Source of the DNA: an uncultured Desulfobacteraceae bacterium
Lineage (GTDB): Bacteria > Desulfobacterota > Desulfobacteria > Desulfobacterales > CAZHA01
Direction of reading: 5' to 3'
Assembly (NCBI GenBank): GCA_964530095.1
Contig: CAZHAH010000009.1
Span: 331 to 64,330 of the forward strand
DNA length: 64,000 nt
Positions within the stretch are counted from its first letter, which is position 1. Every line of letters begins with the position of its first letter. Under the pieces are notes generated by a model that ran no database searches, was not told where the DNA came from, and saw nothing but the letters and a program-made list of their open reading frames with translations. Shown here in pieces: positions 44,258-54,437 of this stretch. Both the position numbers and the translations under genes were made by a program.

Positions 44258-44974
44258 TTAGTGCCCCAGATATGCGTCAATGACCGCGGGGTCGTGACGA
44301 ACCTTTTCAGCTTCTCCTTCGGCAATCGTCATTCCGGCCGATAGGACGGTTAGATTTTTGCAAAGTTTCATTACGGAAGGAATGTCATGGCTGATGAGGA
44401 TAAATGTTTTTTTCCGAGTTTGATTCAACTCAAAGGTGATCTCGATCAACCGTTCGATTAAAGCCGGGTTGACCCCTGCAAAGGGTTCATCCAAAAGGAT
44501 CACATCAGGGTCGGCCATCATCGTCCGCATGAATTCCAGCAGCTTTTTCTGGCCTCCGGATATTTCCACAGCCAGTTGGTCCTTAAGACTGGTGAGGCCC
44601 GCCATATCCAGAAATTCAAGGGCTCGCTTTTGGCCTTTGGCTTTCGATATCCTCATGGGGATAAGGGGAACCATCAAGTTTTCCATAAGGGTCATTTCAT
44701 TGAAAACTCTGGCCACCTGAAAAGTTCGGCCGATCCCCCTCGCGGCGATTCGATTCGGTTTGAATCCCGTGATATCCCTGCCCTTGAACCTGACCGTCCC
44801 CTCATTCGGGCTGTAGACCCCGTTGATTACATTGAATATAGTGGTCTTGCCGGCGCCATTGGGCCCGATAACCCCGTGGATCTTCCCTTCTTCTACTTTC
44901 AGGGAGACGCCGTGCAGGGCAGGGATACCGCCGAAATTTTTATATACCTGATCGACTTCGAGATACTGCATCAT
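44258..44974 (-). CDS. livG: ABC transporter ATP-binding protein
   Basis: Walker A GPNGAGKTT, signature ISGGQKK, Walker B ILLDEP. Confidence 0.85.
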   Translation of the reverse strand: MMQYLEVDQVYKNFGGIPALHGVSLKVEEGKIHGVIGPNGAGKTTIFNVINGVYSPNEGTVRFKGRDITGFKPNRIAARGIGRTFQVARVFNEMTLMENLMVPLIPMRISKAKGQKRALEFLDMAGLTSLKDQLAVEISGGQKKLLEFMRTMMADPDVILLDEPFAGVNPALIERLIEITFELNQTRKKTFILISHDIPSVMKLCKNLTVLSAGMTIAEGEAEKVRHDPAVIDAYLGH

Positions 44975-45067
44975 TTGCCTTTAAAAAAGCCGCAAGCCCT
45001 GTAAAAAAAGGGCTTGCGGATGCAAAAAATTTCCATCATCTTCATCAAGATGATTTAAAAAAAACGG

Positions 45068-46405
45068 CTATACCCACGGCGGCGCCTTAAATTCGCCCTC
45101 GGCAAGATCGAGAGGCCATAAAATTTTTGGCTTTCCACCGAACATTTGGACCAGCGGGAAAAAGAAACCTTCCATAAAATTGCCTGTGCGGACGTCGTTT
45201 CGCGAGAGCTGATGGAGGGTGCCTTCCTGGGAAAAGTCATTCCAGAAATCGTTGTAGGTGGCAAAGTCGTACATCTGCCAGACGCCCTTGTATTTTACCT
45301 TCTCTCTGATATGCGTTACCAGTTTCTCGAATTTGAGACTCCCCACATCATTAAGGACCTGGATGGCAAGCCGGGTATGGTCATAAGGTTGACCGCAAGG
45401 CGCAATCCCGGCCGCAATCCCATATTTGTCCTTAAACCGCTTCATCCAGTTCTTTTGTTCCGTTGAAATCGGATAGGGCGAGTCCATAGCCAAAGCAAAG
45501 TCTGAGGCCGCCTTGGTGTTTTCGTACCACTCTCCGGTCCAGGTAAGTCCGTGCGCAAGAAACAGCGCCTTGAGCCCCATGGCACGAACCTGTTTGACAA
45601 AGTTGTACATGGGAACGCCACCGGTCTGGGTTGCCGCCACCACCGAGACTTTGGCGGCTTTATACTTGGTGATGATGGGAGTGAATTCAGTCTCATCAAT
45701 GGCATTTACATCATAGGGCATCACATCAAAGCCGGCCGTTCTCAGGCTGACCATCAAAGCTTCGCCCCATCCGCGGCCGTAGTCGGTGTCCTCAACGATG
45801 ACAGCCGCCTTTTTGTTGGCCGGTTTCCAGAGACCTTTTTCCATAAAATGCACGAGCGGGGGACCATAGAGTCCCGCGAAAACCGGAGGAGATGCCCATC
45901 CCTTAAACCAGCCCTGGTATTTTTCAGGATGGTCGTTAATCTTAAAGTTTATGTACTGGGACTCTCCCTGATGTCCGATATGAACGATCTTCAGAGGAGA
46001 TTCTGCATCCATGCAGGCCATGGCCACAGAAGAATGCCACCCGGTGACCATCATTTTTACGCCTCTATTGACGGCGTCGGTTATGGCCTTTACTGCCTTT
46101 TCCGGGCTCGACTGGCTGTCCACCCAAACCGGCTCGATATCCAGGGTTTTACCATCTACCTTTACCGGGATCTGGCCGGCCGCGCGAGCTTCTTCTAGAG
46201 CCATATTAATGCCCCGTTTGAATTGGTCCCCGGTGCGGCTGGCGGGTCCCGTAAAGGGCCCCATAAATCCGATCTTCAGTTTCTTGGCCGCAAGCGCATC
46301 TTTTGGAAGGGACGCGGATAGGGCACTGCTTGCAGCTGCCGCCATGCCCACCGTCTTCATAAAGTCACGTCTGGATATTCCATTTTCTTTTTTTTCTTCT
46401 GTCAT
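45068..46405 (-). CDS. ABC transporter substrate-binding protein (LIV family), Tat-type signal
   Basis: It carries SRRDFMKTVGMAAAASSALSA. AAGGAGG SD followed by ATG 46405 is preferred to 46423. Confidence 0.8.
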   Translation of the reverse strand: MTEEKKENGISRRDFMKTVGMAAAASSALSASLPKDALAAKKLKIGFMGPFTGPASRTGDQFKRGINMALEEARAAGQIPVKVDGKTLDIEPVWVDSQSSPEKAVKAITDAVNRGVKMMVTGWHSSVAMACMDAESPLKIVHIGHQGESQYINFKINDHPEKYQGWFKGWASPPVFAGLYGPPLVHFMEKGLWKPANKKAAVIVEDTDYGRGWGEALMVSLRTAGFDVMPYDVNAIDETEFTPIITKYKAAKVSVVAATQTGGVPMYNFVKQVRAMGLKALFLAHGLTWTGEWYENTKAASDFALAMDSPYPISTEQKNWMKRFKDKYGIAAGIAPCGQPYDHTRLAIQVLNDVGSLKFEKLVTHIREKVKYKGVWQMYDFATYNDFWNDFSQEGTLHQLSRNDVRTGNFMEGFFFPLVQMFGGKPKILWPLDLAEGEFKAPPWV

Positions 46406-46788
46406 GACACGCCTCCTTTTCATTACATTAATTGAAAGAAGTTATGGCGTTAATTTTCCTCTTGATAACACCTCCTTTGATGTAAAAGATTGGAAAACCT
46501 TAGGTTTACCTAATAGACCTGATCACAAATTGTCAAGAATTTTTCCGATGAGATAAAGCCGCACAAATAATGAATTCATTTTTTTGTCACTAATCTCACC
46601 TTGTGGACGGTAAGGAATATAATTATTTAAAATTACAATGTTTATTTATACCGGCAAATTATTTAAAAGGTCATTGTTAGAGACTTGACTAAGATGGAGA
46701 TATCTTATATAGCACGCGTAAAAAAATGAATTGGGTTCAAATTGGCGCATCAAACTTATTGTATAGGGTGAATTGGGCGCTTTTTTAT

Positions 46789-46956
46789 TAGTGTCTGTCC
46801 GAAAATGGCCAATTTCCCCAATTTGCGCTAAAGCTTCACTAAAGTGCCAGCGTCAGGCTCAAATTTTAATCCTCAAAATACTCAATGTATTCCTGTGGCT
46901 AAAATTTTCGCCTTCCTTGAACTTGAACAAATTTTCTCATTTTCGGACGGACACTA
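46789..46956. repeat. 19-bp inverted repeat pair flanking about 130 bp in the divergent LIV promoter region
   Basis: TAGTGTCTGTCCGAAAATG (46789-46807) pairs with CATTTTCGGACGGACACTA (46938-46956), with 1 mismatch. Confidence 0.6.
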
Positions 46957-46989
46957 AATCTGAATGGAGATACAATAGTACAGGAATCT

Positions 46990-47778
46990 ATGGCGACGGT
47001 TCTGGAACTTGAAAATGTTTCGCGGAGATTTGGTGGGCTTTTAGCAGTTGATAGCCTTGACCTTGAAGTACCGGAAGGAAAAATTCTAAGCCTCATCGGT
47101 CCCAACGGCGCAGGGAAGACGACCGTTTTTAATATGGCGACCGGTGTTTATCCCCCCAGTGACGGCACTATCGTTTATAAAGGCCACAAACTTAACAACC
47201 TGCGCAGTAACAAAATCATTTCCCAGGGGATCGCCCGAACCTTCCAAAACATCCGTCTTTTTAAATCCATGACGGTATTAGAAAATGTACAAGTCGGCAT
47301 GCACTGCCAAACGAAGAGCGGACCTGTGCGGGCGCTTTTCAAAACTCCCTATGAAAAGCATGAAGAGGACGACATCGTCGCAAAATCTCTGGAAATCCTC
47401 GAGTTTCTAGGCCTGATTGAATTCAGCAACGATTATGCCTCCAATTTGCCCTATGGGGGGCAGCGACGGCTTGAAATCGCCCGTGCCCTGGCCAGCAAAC
47501 CGGATCTGTTGTTACTGGATGAACCGGCTGCCGGTATGAATCCCAGCGAGACGGCAGAGCTGATGGCGTTGATCCAGAAACTGCGTGATAGCGGTTTGAC
47601 GATCTTTCTGGTGGAACACGATATGAAACTGGTGATGGGTATTTCGGAAATTGTATGTGTCCTCGATCATGGGCAGAAGATTGCCGAAGGAACGCCCAAA
47701 GAGATTCAGGCAAACGAAAAAGTAATCGAAGCCTACCTGGGAACAGGCGTTAAACACAAGCGTTCAACCAAGGACTAA
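46990..47778 (+). CDS. livG: ABC transporter ATP-binding protein
   Basis: Walker A GPNGAGKTT, signature LPYGGQRRL, Walker B LLLDEP. Confidence 0.85.
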   Translation: MATVLELENVSRRFGGLLAVDSLDLEVPEGKILSLIGPNGAGKTTVFNMATGVYPPSDGTIVYKGHKLNNLRSNKIISQGIARTFQNIRLFKSMTVLENVQVGMHCQTKSGPVRALFKTPYEKHEEDDIVAKSLEILEFLGLIEFSNDYASNLPYGGQRRLEIARALASKPDLLLLDEPAAGMNPSETAELMALIQKLRDSGLTIFLVEHDMKLVMGISEIVCVLDHGQKIAEGTPKEIQANEKVIEAYLGTGVKHKRSTKD

Positions 47779-47821
47779 ATTTACGTTAGCTTTATTAACC
47801 CCAAAGAGAAGGAGGTCATCA

Positions 47822-48946
47822 ATGAAAAAGTTTGGAATTATTTTGCTATGTCTATCCATGGTATTGGCCCTTTTTGGCATGGCCGGCGCCAAAACCCTTA
47901 AACTCGGCACACTGAGCCCGCTGACCGGTCCCTATGCCCAGGATGGCGTGGACATTGCTCAGGGTGTGAAGACGGCTGTGGCTGTTTTCGGCGCAGTTCC
48001 CGGATATGACAAGGTTGAAGTAATGCCGGGAGATAGTGCCTGTGATGGCGGTAAAGCAACTATGGCGGCCAACAAACTCATCAACAGCGGTGTCAATGTG
48101 GTGATCGGTGCCTACTGCTCTTCGGCCACGGAGCCGGCTCAGATCCCGATCATGGAGGCCAAAATTGTTCAGATTACGCCGGCATCCACCAACGAGCGGT
48201 TGACGGCCAAGGGCTATAAGTATTTCTTCCGTATGCCGCCGCGGGATGATGTCCAAGCCTGGTCGACAGTGCAGTTTCTGGAAAACAAGCTCAAGGCCAA
48301 GACGATCGCCCTGATCGATGACAAGCAGACCTATACGGCCGGATTGACTGCCAACATTGAAAAATTTGCCAAGGAGAAAAATCTGGTAAAAGTCGTCGCG
48401 CACGAATATATCACCCCTGGTGACAGTGACTTCACGGCTGTTTTAACCAAACTGAAGCGGGTCAATCCGGATGTAATCTACATGAGCGTCTATCAACCCG
48501 AAGGCTCCAAAATGATCCAGCAGGTGCGCAAGCTTGATCTCAGCTCCGACTTCGTTAGTGAAGACGCGGTCTTTCACCCCAAGTTCTTGGAGGTCGGCGG
48601 AGCGGCGGCCGAGGGCGTATATCTGACATTTGCCAAAGCCCCGGATACCCCCCAGCGGGCGGAATTCGAAAAAACCTACAAAAAAATGTGGAATGTGAAA
48701 AACGTAGGGTCTTACGCCTATTATGCTTATGATGCCGGCATGATGGCTCTGGCGGCGATCAAGAAGTGCGGCACCACCCAAGCCGACACGCTGCAAACAA
48801 CGATTCGCGACAACACCTGGTCGGGTATCACCGGCGATATCAAATTTGATGCCCATGGCGATCGTAAATTAGCGCATATCGTCTGGATCGTTAAAGGCAA
48901 CAAGTTTGTTCCTTATTGGGATCCGCTAACCGGCGAAGATCTGTAA
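47822..48946 (+). CDS. LIV-family substrate-binding protein
   Basis: 374 aa with a signal peptide (MKKFGIILLCLSMVLALFGMAGA) and LGTLSPLTGPYA. Confidence 0.85.
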   Translation: MKKFGIILLCLSMVLALFGMAGAKTLKLGTLSPLTGPYAQDGVDIAQGVKTAVAVFGAVPGYDKVEVMPGDSACDGGKATMAANKLINSGVNVVIGAYCSSATEPAQIPIMEAKIVQITPASTNERLTAKGYKYFFRMPPRDDVQAWSTVQFLENKLKAKTIALIDDKQTYTAGLTANIEKFAKEKNLVKVVAHEYITPGDSDFTAVLTKLKRVNPDVIYMSVYQPEGSKMIQQVRKLDLSSDFVSEDAVFHPKFLEVGGAAAEGVYLTFAKAPDTPQRAEFEKTYKKMWNVKNVGSYAYYAYDAGMMALAAIKKCGTTQADTLQTTIRDNTWSGITGDIKFDAHGDRKLAHIVWIVKGNKFVPYWDPLTGEDL

Positions 48947-49011
48947 TATGTTATTGGACCGGGCGAAGTAGCGCCCGGTCCAATTTTTTGTTTGTTGAGG
49001 ATTATCACTGA

Positions 49012-49932
49012 ATGGAACTATCGGCGTTTCTTTTACAACAGACGATCAATGCGATTTTTTTGGGGAGTATTTATTCCCTGATTGCCCTGGGCTATACCAT
49101 GGTTTACGGTATCATCGAGCTGATTAATTTTGCCCACGGCGAACTGTTTACCGCCGGAGCGTTTATCGGAGTTATCGTTCTGACGGCCCTACAGCAGGCC
49201 GGTTGGGTGGAAAGTCATTTTATCCTGACCCTGTTTATCGTCTTCGGGTTGGCCATGGCCTATGTGGCCGTCCTGGGTGTAGCCGTAGAGCATGTGGCCT
49301 ACAAGCCGTTGCGAAATTCCTCTCGTTTGGCAGCCCTGTTGAGCGCCCTGGGAATGTCGATCTTTTTATCCAATGGCATGATGCTCAGCCAGGGAGTGTC
49401 CGATCGAGCCTACCCCCAAGTTTTCGGCATGGAAGGACTCGAAATTTTCGGCGCCCGGATTAGCAACGGTCAAATCTTTATTATTTTCCTCGCGCTGGCA
49501 CTCATGATCGGGTTGAATCTGTTTGTCCATCGCAGCCGTTTAGGAAAAGCCATGCGGGCCACAGCCCAAAACCGTATGATGGCGCGCATGTTGGGCATCG
49601 ATATCGACCAGACGATTCGGATTACATTCATGATCGGTCCGGCCTTAGGCGCCGCAGCGGGCGTAATGGTGGGTCTCCATTACGGTGCGGTGCGGTTCGA
49701 TATGGGTTTTATTTTCATGATCAAGGCATTTGCGGCCGCCATTTTGGGCGGCATCGGGTCCATTCCCGGGGCCATGCTGGGGGGTATGATTATCGGCGGC
49801 ATCGAAGTGGGATGGGCGGCCTTCCTCCCCAGCGCCTGGAAGGATGTTACCACTTTTGTCGTCCTAATCCTGGTGCTTTATTTGCGCCCCAGTGGCATTT
49901 TAGGTGAAAGCGAAAGCGCGGTGCGCGTCTAA
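49012..49932 (+). CDS. livH: Branched-chain amino acid ABC transporter permease
   Basis: 306 aa, LivH-type. Confidence 0.8.
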   Translation: MELSAFLLQQTINAIFLGSIYSLIALGYTMVYGIIELINFAHGELFTAGAFIGVIVLTALQQAGWVESHFILTLFIVFGLAMAYVAVLGVAVEHVAYKPLRNSSRLAALLSALGMSIFLSNGMMLSQGVSDRAYPQVFGMEGLEIFGARISNGQIFIIFLALALMIGLNLFVHRSRLGKAMRATAQNRMMARMLGIDIDQTIRITFMIGPALGAAAGVMVGLHYGAVRFDMGFIFMIKAFAAAILGGIGSIPGAMLGGMIIGGIEVGWAAFLPSAWKDVTTFVVLILVLYLRPSGILGESESAVRV

Positions 49933-51158
49933 TGATACGACGAGAAATCAAGAAACTGGTCACGTACACCTTTTTCCTGGCCATTATCCTCATACCCATG
50001 CTGGGGTTTAGGAGCACGAGTTTCGAAGGCGGTCGGGTGATAAAAACCCTGGGGGTTTTTGTGGCGATCATTGTTTTGAATTCTATTGTTACCATGATCC
50101 GCAGCCGCCGTAAAGTGAGCGAAATCCAAAAAAATCCTTTAACGGAACGTATCGGCGAACAGATTAATCGGGTTCCGAGAATATACACACTTGGCGGATT
50201 ATTTGTGCTGGCAGCGCTGTTTCCCATGTTTGCCAACAATTACATGGTCGATGTAGGCATTACCTGCCTGATATATGTGTCACTGGGACTGGGACTCAAT
50301 ATTGTGGTCGGGTTGTGCGGACTCCTCGACCTCGGCTATATCGCTTTTTATGCGGTGGGCGCCTACACCTATTCCTTGCTGAATCTCAAATTTGGCTTGG
50401 GATTCTGGTCGGCCCTTCCCCTGGGCGTTGTTTTAGGCATGGTTGCCGGGTGCATCATCGGATATCCTACCCTGAAGATGCGCGGTGATTACCTGGCTAT
50501 CGTCACGCTGGGATTCGGAGAAATTGTGCGCCTGGTCTTAAATAACTGGGATTCGTTGACAGCCGGGCCCAACGGTCTTTTTGGAATGAAACGTCCCGCG
50601 TTGTATTATCCGAATTTCGAAGAGGGGGGCATTACCTGGATCACCTATTATCTAAAATCATTGCCGGCATTGTATTATTTTATTTTGGGCATTGCGATAG
50701 TGACGATTATCGGCGTGCGACGCCTGGACAACTCCCGTATCGGCAGGGCCTGGATTGCCATCCGTGAAGATGAAACCGCGGCCGAATTGAGCGGTGTGCC
50801 GACAACTTGGATCAAATTGCTGGCCTATGCCCTGGGTGCAGCCTTCGCTTCTGTGGCGGGCGCTTTTTTTGCAGCCAAACTGAGCTACACCAACCCAAAC
50901 TTTTTCCTCTTTATGGAATCTTGTATTGTGCTGTGCATCGTAGTCCTTGGAGGTGTCGGCAGTATTCCGGGGATTGTTGTGGCGGGATTTGTTCTGATCG
51001 CGGCTCCGGAAGTTTTTCGGGGGCTGGAAAGTTACCGTATGCTGGCCTTTGGCGCCATCATGACCACAATGATGATCCTCAAGCCGGAAGGCTTGATACC
51101 CGCCTCCCGCCGCCGGCGTGAACTGCATGAAGCGAATCAACGCAACAAAAGAGATTAG
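49932..51158 (+). CDS. livM: Branched-chain amino acid ABC transporter permease with about 100-aa N-terminal extension
   Basis: 408 aa, LivM-type core from about aa 100. Confidence 0.8.
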   Translation: MIRREIKKLVTYTFFLAIILIPMLGFRSTSFEGGRVIKTLGVFVAIIVLNSIVTMIRSRRKVSEIQKNPLTERIGEQINRVPRIYTLGGLFVLAALFPMFANNYMVDVGITCLIYVSLGLGLNIVVGLCGLLDLGYIAFYAVGAYTYSLLNLKFGLGFWSALPLGVVLGMVAGCIIGYPTLKMRGDYLAIVTLGFGEIVRLVLNNWDSLTAGPNGLFGMKRPALYYPNFEEGGITWITYYLKSLPALYYFILGIAIVTIIGVRRLDNSRIGRAWIAIREDETAAELSGVPTTWIKLLAYALGAAFASVAGAFFAAKLSYTNPNFFLFMESCIVLCIVVLGGVGSIPGIVVAGFVLIAAPEVFRGLESYRMLAFGAIMTTMMILKPEGLIPASRRRRELHEANQRNKRD

Positions 51159-51162
51159 GAAA

Positions 51163-51888
51163 ATGGCGGATTTCGACACGATTCTTGAGCTCAAAGACGT
51201 CCATACATACTACGATAATATTCATGCCTTGAAAGGGATTTCACTCGCCATCCCTAAAGGGAATATCGCCTGTTTGATCGGGGCCAACGGTGCCGGCAAA
51301 TCGACAACCCTTTTGACCGTTTTTGGGGTTCAGCCGGCGCGCTCGGGTGAAATCAAATATAAAAACAAACCGATTCACAAATTGCGCCCCGAGCAGGTAG
51401 CGGCCTTGGGTATGGCCCAAGCGCCGGAAGGACGGCAGTTGTTTCCCCGTATGAGTACCGGTGAAAACCTGGAGATGGGCGCCTTTTTGAGAAGAGATAA
51501 AGCGAGTGTGGCCGAGGATATGGAGTGGGCCTTCAGCCTGTTTCCGGCCTTAAAAGATCGGCGAGCTCAGCTGGCCGGTACATTAAGCGGCGGTGAGCAG
51601 CAGATGCTGGCCATCGCGCGTTCACTGATGGCCAAACCCGAGCTTTTGCTCCTGGATGAACCTTCCCTTGGGCTTGCTCCCAAGCTGGTGGAAACCATCT
51701 TTGAAACCATCCTGCAGATCAACCAGAGCGGAACCACCATTTTCCTGGTAGAACAAAATGCCCATATGGCCTTGAGTATTTCAACCACCGGATATGTGAT
51801 GGAAACCGGTCGGATTGTGCTAATGGACAAAGCTGAGGCGCTTCTGGAAAATGAGAAAGTGCGCAAAGCCTACCTGGGCGAAGCCTAA
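51163..51888 (+). CDS. livF: ABC transporter ATP-binding protein
   Basis: ATG 51163 (MADFDTILELKDV). Walker A GANGAGKST, signature LSGGEQQ. Confidence 0.85.
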   Translation: MADFDTILELKDVHTYYDNIHALKGISLAIPKGNIACLIGANGAGKSTTLLTVFGVQPARSGEIKYKNKPIHKLRPEQVAALGMAQAPEGRQLFPRMSTGENLEMGAFLRRDKASVAEDMEWAFSLFPALKDRRAQLAGTLSGGEQQMLAIARSLMAKPELLLLDEPSLGLAPKLVETIFETILQINQSGTTIFLVEQNAHMALSISTTGYVMETGRIVLMDKAEALLENEKVRKAYLGEA

Positions 51889-52087
51889 TTGCCCAACGCC
51901 AACTATGAGGAAGGAAGTTCTTCGGCAAAAAACCCGCATTTAATGGTTAGACAAGACTTCAATCTTTGCGTTAAAATCCATTCTGAGTTATTGATTCTAT
52001 TATACCGGCAATTAAACCTATGAATACAAGTCTCATCTTTATGCATCATCGGTATGGAAATCTCGGGAGGCGAGGGCTTCCCGGCGA

Positions 52088-52585
52088 TTAATTGGAGAGT
52101 ATTTTGCGTGAAACAAAGGAGCGTTTGCGAAGAATTTTGACTCTGAGTCTCTTTTTGCCGAATACTTTGGCTTTTTTGAGTTCATCGAGCTTCATGGCAA
52201 TATCGACTCGATTATTAAAACGTCGATGCATTCTATCGCTAACTCGGTAAATACCGAAATTTTCAATGTAAAGTTCGGTACCAATTGGAACGAAATTGGC
52301 CGCACAGCGTTTTTTGCCTGCATTGAGCGCATTGCATAAATCTTCACCGCTGGCGGATATGCAGGGGTCGCCTGAAGTTTGATTTGGATCGCCAACATTG
52401 TAGGCGGTCACAACCCTTATTTTTTCATTGATCACTTCGTAAATGACGGCTTCGGGGAGAGTTAAGTTGTCCGACGAAGTTATCCGTGCTATAGACAATT
52501 GCTCCTCGGCCGCAGCTTCGGGGACAACGCAACACATGATGACTAATGAAAAATAAACTAATAATTTAAATAGATTATTCAACAT
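52088..52585 (-). CDS. Secreted 3D-domain protein (MltA/RlpA-like fold)
   Basis: It has a signal peptide and VTAYNVGDPNQTSGDPCISASGEDLC...IYRVSDRMHRRFNNRVDIAM. Confidence 0.65.
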   Translation of the reverse strand: MLNNLFKLLVYFSLVIMCCVVPEAAAEEQLSIARITSSDNLTLPEAVIYEVINEKIRVVTAYNVGDPNQTSGDPCISASGEDLCNALNAGKKRCAANFVPIGTELYIENFGIYRVSDRMHRRFNNRVDIAMKLDELKKAKVFGKKRLRVKILRKRSFVSRKILSN

Positions 52586-52670
52586 TTTTTTGAATCTACC
52601 TTTGATTCGATCAAATTTTAAGGGCTAAAATAACTACGAATTCGGGTATGTAAACCCCATTGGAGAGAAA

Positions 52671-54020
52671 ATGGCCGACATATTAAATTTTATGAAAGCC
52701 AGAGACGCGGGTGAAAAAGAATATTACCAGGCGGTAAGTGAAATCATCCAAAGCGTGCGACCCGTCCTGGATCGAAGCCCGCATTACCGTAAGTCCGCTA
52801 TTTTAGAACGGATCACCGAGCCGGAACGGGTGATTTCGTTTCGCATTCCATGGTTGGATGATGAGGGAGGCGTGAAGGTTAACCGCGGGTTTAGCATCGA
52901 AATGAACAGCGCCATCGGCCCTTTTAAGAGCGGGCTCCGATTTCATCCTTCCGTAAACCAGAGTATCCTAAAATTCTTGGCATTTGAGCAGGTTTTTAAG
53001 AGTGCTTTGACCACTTTACCGTTGGGCGGCGGGGCCGGCGGTTCCGACTTTGATCCGAAAGGCAAATCGGATGATGAAGTCATGCGGTTTTGCCAAAGTT
53101 TTATGAGCGAGCTCTTTCACCATATCGGCGCCAATACGGACATTCCCGGACGCGATATCGGAGTTGGCACCCGCGAAATCGGATTCCTTTTTGGAATGTA
53201 TAAAAAATTATGCAATGAATTTAGCGGGGCTTTGACCGGGAAAGCCATCAATTGGGGCGGCAGCCTTTTTCGGCCGGAAGCTGCCGGATTCGGATGTGTT
53301 TACTTTGCGGCTGAAATGCTGGCCACCCGCAATATGTCCTTTGATCATAAAGTTTGTCTGGTATCGGGATCAGGGAACGTCGCCCAATACACCGCCGAAA
53401 AGCTGATCGACCTGGGGGCAAGCGTCGTCACCCTCTCGGATTCTTCGGGCTATATATTCGACCCTGACGGGATCGACCGTAAGAAGCTGGCCTTTCTAAG
53501 GCAAATTAAAAATATCAGACGGGGGCGGATCGAAGAATATTCCGAGAAATTTACAAGTGCGATCTATACCCAGACGGATTACACCCTCGACTATAGCCCG
53601 CTATGGAGTCATCGTGCCGATTGTGCTTTTCCCTGCGCCACGCAAAATGAAATCAATGAAAAAGATGCCTATAATTTGATCAACAACAACATCCGGCTGG
53701 TTTGCGAAGGGGCCAATATGCCCTGCACACCTGAAGCGATCGATATTTTCAACGCAAAAAAGATCCTGTATGCGCCGGGAAAAGCGGCCAATGCCGGAGG
53801 CGTAGCGGTCTCAGGGCTGGAAACAGTACAAAACAACATGCGTATTCAGTGGCTTGGAGAAGAGGTGGATCAGCGGCTTAAAATCATAATGCATGGCATA
53901 CATAAAACCTGTCTGGAAGCGGCGGAAGAATATGGGATGCCCGGAAATTATCTTAGTGGAGCCAATATCGCCGGTTTTGTAAAAGTGGTGGATGCCATGC
54001 TCGATCAGGGATTGGTTTAA
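52671..54020 (+). CDS. gdhA: NAD(P)-specific glutamate dehydrogenase
   Basis: 449 aa with LPLGGGAGGSDFDPKGKSDDEVMRFCQSFM and VSGSGNVAQY. Confidence 0.9.
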   Translation: MADILNFMKARDAGEKEYYQAVSEIIQSVRPVLDRSPHYRKSAILERITEPERVISFRIPWLDDEGGVKVNRGFSIEMNSAIGPFKSGLRFHPSVNQSILKFLAFEQVFKSALTTLPLGGGAGGSDFDPKGKSDDEVMRFCQSFMSELFHHIGANTDIPGRDIGVGTREIGFLFGMYKKLCNEFSGALTGKAINWGGSLFRPEAAGFGCVYFAAEMLATRNMSFDHKVCLVSGSGNVAQYTAEKLIDLGASVVTLSDSSGYIFDPDGIDRKKLAFLRQIKNIRRGRIEEYSEKFTSAIYTQTDYTLDYSPLWSHRADCAFPCATQNEINEKDAYNLINNNIRLVCEGANMPCTPEAIDIFNAKKILYAPGKAANAGGVAVSGLETVQNNMRIQWLGEEVDQRLKIIMHGIHKTCLEAAEEYGMPGNYLSGANIAGFVKVVDAMLDQGLV

Positions 54021-54125
54021 CAGCTGCGTGATCGGGGCGGGTGGCATTCCTCGGAGTCTCGGCAGATCTGAAAAACAATCAGGCTCCTAACAAAATTGAG
54101 CCTTTGAAATAAGGGAGGTGGAATT

Positions 54126-54437
54126 ATGCTAAAAGATGTAATCTCAGCCAGTTATAAGGGCGGGTATAAAATTGCAGTGACATTCGAGGACGATGCCGCG
54201 GGGATTGTTGACTTTTCAAAGTATTTGGGAAAAGGCGGTGTATTTAAAAAATTTAAGGACATAGAATTTTTTAAAAATTTCAACATTAATGAAGAGCTTG
54301 GAGTGCTGACTTGGGGGGGCGAAATAGATATTGCACCGGAGACGCTTTATGCCGAAGCAACGAGCTCTCCATTGCCGGACTGGGTAGATTTGCGGCAAGA
54401 TTCTTCGGCAAACATGTCGGTTCAGCCGACCGCGTAA
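54126..54437 (+). CDS. DUF2442 domain protein
   Basis: YKIAVTFEDDAAGIVDFSKYL..GVFKKFKD...GVLTWGGEIDIAPETLY. Confidence 0.65.
   Translation: MLKDVISASYKGGYKIAVTFEDDAAGIVDFSKYLGKGGVFKKFKDIEFFKNFNINEELGVLTWGGEIDIAPETLYAEATSSPLPDWVDLRQDSSANMSVQPTA

Noticed and set aside
45551-46556. Plus-strand ORFs of 181-215 aa opposite the first LIV binding protein
   Set aside because: They are antisense to a gene with a clear Tat signal and family similarity, and they show no features of their own.
46773-47012. 79-aa ORF in the LIV divergent control region
   Set aside because: It spans the inverted repeats and runs into the livG start. It has low-complexity composition and no SD.
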